A DNA stretch of 64,000 bases from an uncultured bacterium (GCA_903937035.1 CAIZXS010000004.1:4693-68692); one strand, 5' to 3'; numbered from the stretch's first letter, positions 48,654 through 60,648 are shown. Notes: generated from the letters alone by a model not told the origin. Program-made: numbers and translations.

Positions 48654-48728
48654 AGAATGATCGAATTATGCTATACTGAAGATATTGTTTAGCTTATATG
48701 TAATTAGTCTATCAACTCTGTCGCTTTT

Positions 48729-49520
48729 ATGCAAAATAATACAATCGATATCGAGGTATGCGAGGGTTTGGTTGTGAAAAGAACTATTAAAGAAATCATC
48801 TCCGAGAGAATGAATCCGCGAATATGGCAGTGGGCATATTTAAGCCTTCGGGCGTTGCTTAGGGAAGTGAAGATTTTTTCCGGGATGCTTGAGCGAGAGA
48901 GAGCTGAAAAAATTCTTGATCTGGGCTGTGGGGTGAAGCCGTACCGGTCTCTATTCCCAGAGGTAAAAGCGTATGTTGGTTTCGACGTTAGCAAGAATAG
49001 TAGTGCAGATTTTTTTGGGTATAACTGGGACCTTCCTTTTGGTGAGAGCGAATTCGATGCTCTGATTTCGACTCAAGTATTGGAGCATACATCAAAAATA
49101 TCTGAGACTATCAAGGAAATTGGGCGGGTTGTGAAAAATGATGGGCTGATTTTTATTTCGGCGCCGCTGGCCTTTCCTGAACATGAAATTCCTCATGATT
49201 ATTATCGGTTTACTCAATATGGGCTCAGGGAGTTGTTTAAAGGTTTCGAGGTGATTCGGATTGTTCCGCTTAGTGGTTACATTAAAACTCTCATAATTCT
49301 TTGGAATAATTTTTTGCATTATTTACCAGGATCAAAATATTGGCTTTCCCCCCTTTTTATTATTAATAATTTATTGGCTCTTGTGATTGACAATGTTGCT
49401 TTATTGGTCTCGTCTATGTCGTCCAAAATGAGCGGTGGGGCAGTTATTAAGGAAATTTATGCCAAGTATTATGCTAGCTTCACTGAAAGTTATGTGATTG
49501 TCTTGAGAAATAAAAAATAA
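48729..49520 (+). CDS. class I SAM methyltransferase (type 11); true start may be downstream
   Basis: ILDLGCGVKPY, LPF...FD....QVLEH, PHDYYRFT..GL. Confidence 0.88.
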   Translation: MQNNTIDIEVCEGLVVKRTIKEIISERMNPRIWQWAYLSLRALLREVKIFSGMLERERAEKILDLGCGVKPYRSLFPEVKAYVGFDVSKNSSADFFGYNWDLPFGESEFDALISTQVLEHTSKISETIKEIGRVVKNDGLIFISAPLAFPEHEIPHDYYRFTQYGLRELFKGFEVIRIVPLSGYIKTLIILWNNFLHYLPGSKYWLSPLFIINNLLALVIDNVALLVSSMSSKMSGGAVIKEIYAKYYASFTESYVIVLRNKK

Positions 49521-49666
49521 TACGTTTGCAAAAAAAAGGAAGAAGCTTTGCTCTATCACGAAAATTATGCTATTCTTAGGACAAGATTATATGGAGAAGC
49601 AAGGAATCTTTTAAATGGAGATAAATAATGCTAGTGGTGTTTGAATAAAAAATTAATCCAAAAATA

Positions 49667-50452
49667 ATGCTTATCATTTTTTTTCTTTTTGGTCTGATTA
49701 TTGGCAGTTTTCTCAATGTCGTTGTTTATCGTATTCGCACGGCAGAAACAATAATGGGGCGCTCCCATTGTCGGCAATGCAAAAAAACTATCCGTTGGTA
49801 TGATAATATCCCGGTTTTGAGTTTTGTCCTTTTGAAATTTAAATGTCGTGATTGTGGGGAAAAGATTTCTTGGCAATATCCTTTGGTGGAGTTGCTCACG
49901 GGCGTTGTTTTTGCGCTTTTGGCAAATCAATACTTTATTCTAGAAAATCCTGTTACCTGGCTTATCACTGGTGTGATGATTGCTCTTGCTAGCGCGCTCT
50001 TGGTAATTTTCATCTACGACATATTATACATGGAGATTCCCAATTTAGTTCTTTGGCCAGCGATCATTTTGGCTTTGATTTTCAATCTCTACCTTGATTT
50101 TGGACAAATATTTTCAACTGTCTGGGAGCGAATGTCAGTTTCTGGGGTTATGGCTAGCGGAGGCGCATTTTTGTTTTTTTTCTCCTTGTCCTATTTTTCA
50201 AAAGAAAAATGGATGGGAATGGGTGATGCTTATCTCGTGATCCTGCTCGGGCTCATTTTGGGTTGGCCGAAAATTCTTCTGGGACTTTTTCTGGCTTTTG
50301 CGATTGGTGCTATTTATGGTATAATTCTTATTGGAATGAAGAAGAAAGATATGAAGAGTCAGCTTCCCTTTGCTCCATTTTTAATTGTCGGAACATTTTT
50401 TGCTCTTTTTTACTATGCTCCAATTGTGGGCTGGTATCTGGGCTTATTTTAG
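49667..50452 (+). CDS. pilD: prepilin peptidase
   Basis: GSFLNVVVYR, RSHC..C, C..C..ISWQYP.VE, IYD, GMGD, PFAPFL. Confidence 0.95.
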   Translation: MLIIFFLFGLIIGSFLNVVVYRIRTAETIMGRSHCRQCKKTIRWYDNIPVLSFVLLKFKCRDCGEKISWQYPLVELLTGVVFALLANQYFILENPVTWLITGVMIALASALLVIFIYDILYMEIPNLVLWPAIILALIFNLYLDFGQIFSTVWERMSVSGVMASGGAFLFFFSLSYFSKEKWMGMGDAYLVILLGLILGWPKILLGLFLAFAIGAIYGIILIGMKKKDMKSQLPFAPFLIVGTFFALFYYAPIVGWYLGLF

Positions 50453-50464
50453 TACCACTTTTGT

Positions 50465-50980
50465 ATGTCTGATAATTTATTTTCAAAAAAAGAAGTGACA
50501 CCTGGAGACGAGCCTACCTGTGACGCGGTTGTTTCGGGCAATCAAGGATTTACAGTCTTAGAGCTGATTGTGATTATCGCTGTTGTGGCTATAATCACAG
50601 GAATGTCTTGGAGTGCGCTGAGCGGTATGAAAAATAGGGCAAGTGTGAATAACGCTTGTGGTCAGGTATCGGCAATGATTAATAAGACGCGGAACTATGC
50701 TTTGTCTGGGAAAATGGTTAGTGGAAGCGTTCCCGTTTCTTTTGCGATTATTATAAATGGATCTATAATTCAGATATCATCAAGTGCTGGTGGAACAATG
50801 GAATCATTTAGTATCCCCGGTGGTGTGAATTGTGCTTCTCCGGCATGGTCAGCTACATATACCACTCCTAATGCTATTGGCGCTCTCCCTGGTGGTGTTG
50901 CAACCTCGACTATCACTTGTTCTGGTTATGGAGGAAGTCGAAATATCGAAGTTACTCCTTATCAGGCAATATGCAAATAG
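50465..50980 (+). CDS. minor pilin, FimT/GspH-like
   Basis: QG|FTVLELIVIIAVV; long atypical leader. Confidence 0.8.
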   Translation: MSDNLFSKKEVTPGDEPTCDAVVSGNQGFTVLELIVIIAVVAIITGMSWSALSGMKNRASVNNACGQVSAMINKTRNYALSGKMVSGSVPVSFAIIINGSIIQISSSAGGTMESFSIPGGVNCASPAWSATYTTPNAIGALPGGVATSTITCSGYGGSRNIEVTPYQAICK

Positions 50981-50995
50981 TTTTTTTGTTTGAAT

Positions 50996-51024
50996 CCTCC
51001 TGCGCTGAAGCTTCGGCGGACGAG
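50996..51024. repeat. short REP-like palindrome (CGCT.AAGCT..GGCGG family)
   Basis: CTCCTGCGCTGAAGCTTCGGCGGACG resembles the insert CTCCACCGCTAAAGCTAAGGCGGCACG at 1375-1401. Confidence 0.45.
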
Positions 51025-51112
51025 CTAATATTGAGTAAATTTTCTGTGGCTTGCCACAAATAAAGTACAGAACTCTCCCTGTGGTTAATGCCCTTAATTA
51101 AAAAAAGATAAA

Positions 51113-51703
51113 ATGCGAAAACGAGTTTTGGAAAATAAAAAAAACAAGTCTGCCTGCCCGAAGTTGCTACATCGTTGCAGTCGGGGCTATATGTTGATTG
51201 AGGCAGTGATCGCTACTTTCATTGTGGGAATTGTGCTTGTCACATTTTTGACTGTAATGGCGGCTTCATATCGTACGGAATTTTCCAAGCGAGATATTAT
51301 CATCGCTTCAAATTTGGCTCAGGAGGGGATTGAAATCGTTAGGAATATCCGGGATAATAATTGGAAAACTTGTGTCGTTGGCAATATACCTCCGTGTAAT
51401 GATGGGTTTCAGAGTCCTCCTTTTCCTGCTCCTGCTTCTGCAAATCTTTGTAATATTGCGTATAATTATAATTATAGTGGTGCCACAATGCCAGTGGCTG
51501 GTTGCGCCGAGACTGGACTAAGAAAGAGTGGTGATTTTTATACAATTGGCGGTGGTGGGACGGTGACAAAATTTTATAGAACAGTTAGTATTTCTGGAGC
51601 TGGTGAATCCAGAACGATAACTAGTCGGATAAGATGGGGCACTACTAGTGATAAGATTCTGACTATGACTGATACTATTTATTCATGGGGAAATACAGAA
51701 TAA
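51113..51703 (+). CDS. minor pilin, PilV-like
   Basis: RG|YMLIEAVIA, A.NLAQEGIEIVRNIRD. Confidence 0.82.
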   Translation: MRKRVLENKKNKSACPKLLHRCSRGYMLIEAVIATFIVGIVLVTFLTVMAASYRTEFSKRDIIIASNLAQEGIEIVRNIRDNNWKTCVVGNIPPCNDGFQSPPFPAPASANLCNIAYNYNYSGATMPVAGCAETGLRKSGDFYTIGGGGTVTKFYRTVSISGAGESRTITSRIRWGTTSDKILTMTDTIYSWGNTE

Positions 51704-52287
51704 TGCAAAAAACTAAAATGAAAAATATTTCAAATAAAAACAAAAAATACTCTGCTGTTTGTAACGCCAAAGCTTTGATTGAGCCTGCAGGAAGACGAGG
51801 GTTGACTTTTATTGAGATGCTCATCGCGATTGCAATCATGAGTATTTTGACCATGGCGATTGTGGCGGTCACTATTTCTTACCTCAATAATCGCACGGCA
51901 GTTAAGCGATATCAGGCAAATAATGAAGAATTGTCGCTAGCTTTGAATTCTTTGGCGAAAGATATTCGTATGAGCGATTTTGCACCAGCACCAGCACCAG
52001 CACCAGTGCTTGGCAGTGCCATAAATAATATCTATTTAAAAAATAATGCTACTGGCAGTGCGGTAACATATATATTCGATCCTGCAGCTAGAACCCTATC
52101 GAGAGCTGAGACTCCAACAGCAGGAGCGTCAACGAACTATGTGATTGCGAGCGATGTCGCGGGAAATTTTTATGTGAGAGGAACTCCGATTGGCAGGATT
52201 ACGACGGTGCTTGTGAAGGTCGGGCCTCCGGGGATGACGGCGCAGACGACTGTTTCAATGCGAGCTAAGTATAAGGATGAAAATTAA
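51685..52287 (+). CDS. minor pilin, PilW-like (start may be 51703 or 51718)
   Basis: RG|LTFIEMLIAIAI, AL..LAKDIRM, QTTVSMR. Confidence 0.82.
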   Translation: MGKYRIMQKTKMKNISNKNKKYSAVCNAKALIEPAGRRGLTFIEMLIAIAIMSILTMAIVAVTISYLNNRTAVKRYQANNEELSLALNSLAKDIRMSDFAPAPAPAPVLGSAINNIYLKNNATGSAVTYIFDPAARTLSRAETPTAGASTNYVIASDVAGNFYVRGTPIGRITTVLVKVGPPGMTAQTTVSMRAKYKDEN

Positions 52288-52316
52288 GAAGATTTTTAGC
52301 AATAATTTTTGAAAAA

Positions 52317-55187
52317 ATGAAGATTCAAAAAAACAAACGAGGAAGTTTCATGATTGGGGTTCTAATCATGCTTTTGGTGATTTCAGCGATTTCAATTGCG
52401 ATTGTCAACCGCGCAATTCAAGGAACGACCCTTGCGCTTGATTCCAAAAAAGGCTATAGCGCCTATCAGGCTTCAGACGCTGCTGCAGAATTATTTTTGA
52501 ATAATCTGAAGGCATTGGACAATGAGCTGACCGCAAGAATTCCCGAAAACGCGCGTTACAATGAAGCGGGTTTTTGTGATGGGACTACTATAAAATGTTT
52601 TGATGCAACCTCTCCTGTGCCATCGCAAGTCACCGCTGGCTATCTCTCGGAAGTATATAAGCTCCAAAGTCAAAGCGTGGATGGTAGTGGTGGTTTAAAT
52701 CGTAAGATTCAAGCGGACTTAAGTGATCGGATCAATAGTGGATTGGGAAGTGGTAATTTTACTGTAGCAAATTGTGGGGATGGCGTCGCTCCTTGCACAT
52801 GGAATAAGTGTGATATAAAGCTGACCGTCAATCCCAATGCTGACGCAGCTGTAGTGAAAAAAATTAAAGATTATGAAGTGAGAAAGTCAATGCAGGGAAG
52901 TTTGAGGGCTGATTATACTATTCCCGGTAATGGCTGGTGGATAACAACGAATAGGGATGCTTTCGATGTATTTGTTCCGTTCAGATTATCTGCCACAACG
53001 CCTAATATAATACTTAAAAACGGAGATGAGAAAATTAGTGGAGCGCTTTTTGGTTCTCCTGGCTCATTGGCTAATTCTGGGGGGCAATATGGTGAGGATT
53101 ATTTTTTCACAATCAAAGCGCGAAATAAATATCCATTGAGCCTTGATTCGCTTTATTTGGATACGAGTGGAACTGGAGTCGGAACAACAGATAAGAAGGT
53201 GACGATTTCGACCTTTGATTGTGACACAGGCGATCTTTTAGGTGGACTTAAATGTGTCAAGCTCTGTACTAGCCCCGGGCAAGTTAATTGTCAACCGGTG
53301 GGAACCATAACAGCGACACAATCATATAATTGCTGTAATGGCACCGAGTGTTTTCAGCCTGATCCTAATTGGACGCCAGAACCAGGAGAAAATTGTGCAT
53401 TGCAAAAATGTGTTAACAGAGAGGGCTATTTAACACCTTCTTCTACTCCTTATCCAAGCGTTACTGATACTGTGGGAATTGGTTTCGCTGCTGGTAGTGG
53501 GGTGGTATCAGGGCTTAATGAAGGTATTACTACCGGTCTTGGTTGGTGTAAAACAGCGCAGGCTTGTGTGCCTGGAGATGCTTGCTTGCATCCATATCGA
53601 ACGGTAGGGTATTGCTTGACTTGTCCCACGGCAGCTGAAGGTTCTGATCCATCAATAAAACTCAATTCTAGTTCATGGTCGCCACAGAATAAAATAGATG
53701 TTGATATGAATCCGGCAAATGGTCGTTATAATGGAGTGTTATTTACCTCTTATCATACAACTGAGTCAAATCCATCACAACCCCGATGTTGCAAGCAGGA
53801 ATGCCCAGTTCCGTCTGGTTCGCCAACTACGATTGTGGAATCTCCAGACACATATTGCGCGCTGAATCCTTTTAAGAAGGCTACTTGGGATACTCATGAT
53901 ACGACTTGCGCAAATACTAATAATTGTGGGCCATATACTATAACAAAGAGATGTGAATTAACGTGTGCGGCAAATTATAATCCTTTTATCGAGGCTGCTG
54001 ACCCTGAATATCCGAGTGGTAAATGTTGTTCTGAAACTTGTTCTTCTGCAGCAAACCCTCCATTTGTATCGCATGATAATGCGCCGACTGTTACGGAGGG
54101 AGATTGTGATTATGAATTAGATCCCTATCATGGAACGAGTTGGACCAATACTAGTACTTGTGCGTCTGATACAAAATGTGCAGCAGCGGGTGTTCCTGGG
54201 TATACCGTTACGGAGCGTTGTAGCTTAGTTTGCGATTATGATTTTGTAAAATATGGCGTTACGAATGCTGATCATTTTGTTGCTCCTAACAAGGCTTGCT
54301 GTTATCATAAATGCTCGGACTGGACTGAACCAGCTTGTACCCAGGCTATCCCGGAGCATAGTACTCGTATTGGCAAATATTCCTGTACTCCTCAAAGTTG
54401 TGGGGATTATGTTATAACTAATAACTGTGACTTTCTGTGTGATTATAACTATACTCGTTCAGGTTCAAGCTGTGTTCCTAATACTCGATCTGCGAGTTGC
54501 TCCTCTCAGCCTTCAAATACCGTCTGGAATACCACTTCAACATTTACTCAGACATGGAACGGGCATACGGCTGCATGGGAGCCTGCCACTAAGACTGCTG
54601 TGTATGATATAAATCCGACGGTAGGTGACTGTCATGTTAGGTGTGCGACCAATTATACTTGGGATGGCTGGAATTGTATTGGCAATACCCAAACATATAC
54701 GTGCTCTGCATCTAAACCTAGTAACACAGTCTGGAACCCATCTTCCTATGCTCAAACTTGGTATGGATATTGGAGTCCTGCTGCTGACCCTTGGCCGAGA
54801 TATAGCGTACCAGCATGTAGTGGTGAATGTTGTTATAAGTGCGCGTCGGGGTATACTTGGGATACATGGAATAGTATTTGTGCTTCAAGTACGCCTACGT
54901 GCACATATAGTTGGAATCCTACAACTATCACTACGAGTCAAGGCGTGACGTATACTTGGACATCTACAGTTGCGCTGGGACTAAAATCTGAGTGCTTTAA
55001 GAAGGTTAGTGGCGCATGGTCATCGCTTGGCGTCCCTGCGCCTATGGGCGCTCTTTCCGGGAGTGGATATATTCCCCCTGCCACACTTGGTGTTGGTTCA
55101 TATTATTGCCGCATGGACGCGTATTTAGATGCTGTATATAATTCATATGCTACGAGTTGTTATACTCAAGAATTAATTGTTAACTAG
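52317..55187 (+). CDS. PilX-like pilin fused to a large Cys-rich repeat region (candidate tip adhesin)
   Basis: KRG|SFMIGVLI (no Glu5), AYQASDAAAE PilX_N pattern; repeats C..NYT..G..C..NT....C....PSNTVWN....QTW.G. Confidence 0.8.
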   Translation: MKIQKNKRGSFMIGVLIMLLVISAISIAIVNRAIQGTTLALDSKKGYSAYQASDAAAELFLNNLKALDNELTARIPENARYNEAGFCDGTTIKCFDATSPVPSQVTAGYLSEVYKLQSQSVDGSGGLNRKIQADLSDRINSGLGSGNFTVANCGDGVAPCTWNKCDIKLTVNPNADAAVVKKIKDYEVRKSMQGSLRADYTIPGNGWWITTNRDAFDVFVPFRLSATTPNIILKNGDEKISGALFGSPGSLANSGGQYGEDYFFTIKARNKYPLSLDSLYLDTSGTGVGTTDKKVTISTFDCDTGDLLGGLKCVKLCTSPGQVNCQPVGTITATQSYNCCNGTECFQPDPNWTPEPGENCALQKCVNREGYLTPSSTPYPSVTDTVGIGFAAGSGVVSGLNEGITTGLGWCKTAQACVPGDACLHPYRTVGYCLTCPTAAEGSDPSIKLNSSSWSPQNKIDVDMNPANGRYNGVLFTSYHTTESNPSQPRCCKQECPVPSGSPTTIVESPDTYCALNPFKKATWDTHDTTCANTNNCGPYTITKRCELTCAANYNPFIEAADPEYPSGKCCSETCSSAANPPFVSHDNAPTVTEGDCDYELDPYHGTSWTNTSTCASDTKCAAAGVPGYTVTERCSLVCDYDFVKYGVTNADHFVAPNKACCYHKCSDWTEPACTQAIPEHSTRIGKYSCTPQSCGDYVITNNCDFLCDYNYTRSGSSCVPNTRSASCSSQPSNTVWNTTSTFTQTWNGHTAAWEPATKTAVYDINPTVGDCHVRCATNYTWDGWNCIGNTQTYTCSASKPSNTVWNPSSYAQTWYGYWSPAADPWPRYSVPACSGECCYKCASGYTWDTWNSICASSTPTCTYSWNPTTITTSQGVTYTWTSTVALGLKSECFKKVSGAWSSLGVPAPMGALSGSGYIPPATLGVGSYYCRMDAYLDAVYNSYATSCYTQELIVN

Positions 55188-55229
55188 CTAGTTTTAAGTT
55201 AAATTTATTTTTTCTATTAAATTATAAAA

Positions 55230-56450
55230 ATGATACAAATTAAATCAAATCAAAAATTACTTGCTTTCATCGGGTTATTTTTGGTTTTTGCTTTGGTGCT
55301 AACTGGATTATTTGAGCTTAAAAAAGGGATTTTATTTGGAGGCGGGAATAGTCGCGAGAAGGGGAACGGCATTGTTTTTACAAAGGATGTTTCTTTCGTG
55401 CGTTTTATTGACAATGAGCCGCACCTGATTAGTGATGGAAAAGATGTTGGAGGATTGGCTAATCGATATTTTGAGTTTTCCAATGGAAGACTGGTTTTTG
55501 AAAGAGATGTTGACGGCGAGAATCACGTTTTTTTTAACGGAAAAGACGTTGGCGTGGGTTTTAGACCGATGATCTCAGCTGATAATCTGGCTTTTTATCG
55601 TAAAATTGGTGATGACACTCACCTGATTTATAATGACATTGACTTGGGAGTTGTTTTTGCTGCAGAAGGCCATTACTCAGCTAGGATTGCTGGTAGCAAT
55701 ATTGCTTATGAGAAGCTAATTGATGGAGTGGTTCATGTTATCTATAACGACAAAGACTTGGGTGATGGACATAGCTTTGTTTTATCGGAAGATGGAAATG
55801 ATATTGCGTTTGAACGCGATAGCGATAAAGGTAGCGTGGTTATTTATAAGGGAAATATTTTTGCTCCCGGTGGCCTGATTTATGCCGTGAGTAATGATTC
55901 GGTTTGGTATGCATCAGCTGCAGCTTCTTCTATTTTTTCTTCGACCCATGCTAATGGTATTATTGGTCTGTCGGGTATTTCAAAAAATAGTGAAAGGATA
56001 GGCGAAGGCATCGGTTTTAGTTGTCTTGAAAAAAAATGTGCCTATCAAGCAATTGTGGAGGGTAAGCTGCATTTCATCTATGACGGAAAAGATTTTGGTG
56101 AAATCTGGAACACGGGCAATGCCTTTGGGATTGCAAAAAACAATTTCTTCTTCATGCGATTAAATGAGGCTGGGGAGATCATCGTTGTGCATAATGGAAA
56201 AGAATTGGGCGTTGGCTCTGATCCGGTGATTGGGGGCGAAGGCTTTGCTTATGTCAAAATGGTGAGTGGTAAAAAGCATGTGATTTATAATGAAAAAGAT
56301 TTAGGTGAAGGGGCTAAGCCGATTATTTCTGCTGATGGGAAGAGTATCGCTTTTGTGCGAGAGGTTGATGGGAAAAAACATGCCTTCGTGGGAACGGATG
56401 ATTTAGGTGAAATTGGCGGCGATGAGCTTATTTTGAAGTTTTCTAATTAG
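55230..56450 (+). CDS. membrane-anchored beta-repeat (propeller-like) protein
   Basis: N-terminal TM; repeated (D)G..H(V/L)IY(N/D).KDLG.G units. Confidence 0.75.
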   Translation: MIQIKSNQKLLAFIGLFLVFALVLTGLFELKKGILFGGGNSREKGNGIVFTKDVSFVRFIDNEPHLISDGKDVGGLANRYFEFSNGRLVFERDVDGENHVFFNGKDVGVGFRPMISADNLAFYRKIGDDTHLIYNDIDLGVVFAAEGHYSARIAGSNIAYEKLIDGVVHVIYNDKDLGDGHSFVLSEDGNDIAFERDSDKGSVVIYKGNIFAPGGLIYAVSNDSVWYASAAASSIFSSTHANGIIGLSGISKNSERIGEGIGFSCLEKKCAYQAIVEGKLHFIYDGKDFGEIWNTGNAFGIAKNNFFFMRLNEAGEIIVVHNGKELGVGSDPVIGGEGFAYVKMVSGKKHVIYNEKDLGEGAKPIISADGKSIAFVREVDGKKHAFVGTDDLGEIGGDELILKFSN

Positions 56451-56473
56451 AAATTGATTGATAGTCCACAGTA

Positions 56474-58646
<2,173 letters not shown>

Positions 58647-58662
58647 GCTTAGAATTAATATT

Positions 58663-58944
58663 ATGTTAATCGCGGAAGAGGTAAAACATATTGCAGCTTT
58701 GGCTCGAGTGGGCCTGGAAGAAAAGGAGATTGAAAAATTCTCCCATGATTTGTCGTCTATTTTGGATTGGATCGCTCAACTTGACGAGGTGGATGTTGCT
58801 GGAGTTCTTCCGACAGCGCACATCACAGGGATGAATAATATCAGTCGTGAAGATCGGATGGAAGATTTTTTAAATAAAGAGAAAATTGTTGAATTGTTTC
58901 CGGAGGGTAAAAATGGGTATGATAAAGTTAAAAGTGTTTTGTAA
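58663..58944 (+). CDS. gatC: Asp/Glu-tRNA amidotransferase subunit C
   Basis: EEVKHIAALAR, IL....QL.EVD..GV.PT, RED. Confidence 0.93.
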   Translation: MLIAEEVKHIAALARVGLEEKEIEKFSHDLSSILDWIAQLDEVDVAGVLPTAHITGMNNISREDRMEDFLNKEKIVELFPEGKNGYDKVKSVL

Positions 58945-58955
58945 TCTTCTCTTTG

Positions 58956-59145
58956 TGTCATCCCCGCACCCGTTTCACGAGCATAAACTCCGGCGGGGAT
59001 CCAGGCACCTTGAGTTGAAAATATAGAGAAGGCGAAATATTAAGGGATAGGCTAGTTAAAATATTAAGCCAGGATATTTATAAGCTCGATTTTCAAGAGT
59101 TTATAAATAGTGGAACCTGGATTCCCGCCTTCGCGGGAATGACAC
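58956..59145. repeat. REPIN-like element, left unit carrying a nested insert
   Basis: TGTCATCCCCGC[ACCCGTTTCACGAGCATAAACTCCG]GCGGGGATCCAG ... CTGGATTCCCGCCTTCGCGGGAATGACAC. Confidence 0.72.
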
Positions 59146-59193
59146 TTGTTTTTCGTTTTTTTATGTAAAACTCGTAATTCGTAGAGAACCGAC

Positions 59194-60648
59194 ATGATTA
59201 GAGAACTCCACAATAAATTAATATCAGGTGAAATAACTTCAGTGAAATTGACGGAAGAATATTTTGCACGCATCGAAGAAAAAGATAAAGATATTTTTGC
59301 TTATCTGACTTTGACTAAAGACTTGGCGTTGGAGCAAGCCCGCAAAGTGGACGCAAAAATTGCCCGAGGTGAAAAAATTGAACTCTTGGAGGGAATTCCA
59401 GGGGCAATCAAGGATAATCTTTGTATTTCTGGTGTGAGAACAACGGCTGCTTCTAAAATTTTAGACAACTACATTGCCCCTTACGACGCGACAGTGATTG
59501 AAAGATTGAAAGAAGTTGGGGCAGTATTTTTGGGAAAAACCAATCTGGACGAATTTGCCATGGGATCATCGACAGAAAACAGTGCCTATGGTGTTACAAA
59601 AAATCCATTAGATTTGACTCGTGTATCTGGTGGTTCATCTGGCGGTTCAGCGGCAGCGATAGCTGCGGGCGAAGCTGTCTGGGCATTAGGGACAGATACG
59701 GGCGGTTCGATTCGTGAGCCAGCTTCTTTCTGTGGAGTGGTCGGTTTGAAGCCAACCTATGGTCGCGTTTCGCGCCATGGAGCAATTGCGATGGCATCAA
59801 GTCTTGACCAAATTGGACCAATAACAAAAAGCGTAGAAGACGCAGCAATTGTTCTTAGTGTGATTGCCGGACAGGATAAGCTGGACGCTACCTCAGCCCA
59901 TAGCTCAGGGAAGGATTATACAAAATATTTGACTGGAGAAGTCCAGGGACTTAGGGTTGGAATTGTGGCTGAATATATTGATGGACTGGATGAAAAAGAG
60001 AAGAAATCCATTCTTGAGGTTATCGAAACTTATAAGAAATTAGGGGCAGAAATTGTAGAGATTGATTTGCCACATTCAAAATATTCCTTAGCGACATACT
60101 ATATCATTCAGCCTTGCGAAGTCAGTTCAAATCTGGCAAGGTATGACGGAATTAGATATGGACTTAATGTTGATGACAAGAAGAACTCTGGTGTGAAGGA
60201 GGATGGTATGTCTAAAAAACTTCTGGAGACCTATCTCGATTCTCGTCAATATGGTTTTGGCAAGGAGGTGAAGAGAAGGATTATGCTTGGAACATACGCA
60301 CTTTCATCTGGTTATTATGATGCCTATTATCTCAAAGCGCAAAAAGTGCGAACGCTGATCAAAAGAGACTTTGAAAAAGCATTTGAAAAAGTTGATTTGA
60401 TTCTTGCTCCCACTGCGCCTACCCCAGCCTTTAGGATAGGAGAAAAAACCGAAGACCCCTTGAAAATGTATCTGGCTGATATGTTTTCCATTACAGCTAA
60501 TATTGTCGGTGTGCCAGCGATTTCTGTTCCGGGGCCGGAGGTTGAAGTTGATGGGAAGAAGCTTCCTTTCGGATTTCAGTTAATGGCAAAATGGTTTGAT
60601 GAAGAAAATATGTTGCGCGCGGCGCATGCTTATGAGATTAGTAAATAA
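59194..60648 (+). CDS. gatA: Asp/Glu-tRNA amidotransferase subunit A
   Basis: IKDN, GKTNLDEFAMGSSTENS, GGSSGGS, GTDTGGSIR, RRIMLGTYALS. Confidence 0.97.
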   Translation: MIRELHNKLISGEITSVKLTEEYFARIEEKDKDIFAYLTLTKDLALEQARKVDAKIARGEKIELLEGIPGAIKDNLCISGVRTTAASKILDNYIAPYDATVIERLKEVGAVFLGKTNLDEFAMGSSTENSAYGVTKNPLDLTRVSGGSSGGSAAAIAAGEAVWALGTDTGGSIREPASFCGVVGLKPTYGRVSRHGAIAMASSLDQIGPITKSVEDAAIVLSVIAGQDKLDATSAHSSGKDYTKYLTGEVQGLRVGIVAEYIDGLDEKEKKSILEVIETYKKLGAEIVEIDLPHSKYSLATYYIIQPCEVSSNLARYDGIRYGLNVDDKKNSGVKEDGMSKKLLETYLDSRQYGFGKEVKRRIMLGTYALSSGYYDAYYLKAQKVRTLIKRDFEKAFEKVDLILAPTAPTPAFRIGEKTEDPLKMYLADMFSITANIVGVPAISVPGPEVEVDGKKLPFGFQLMAKWFDEENMLRAAHAYEISK

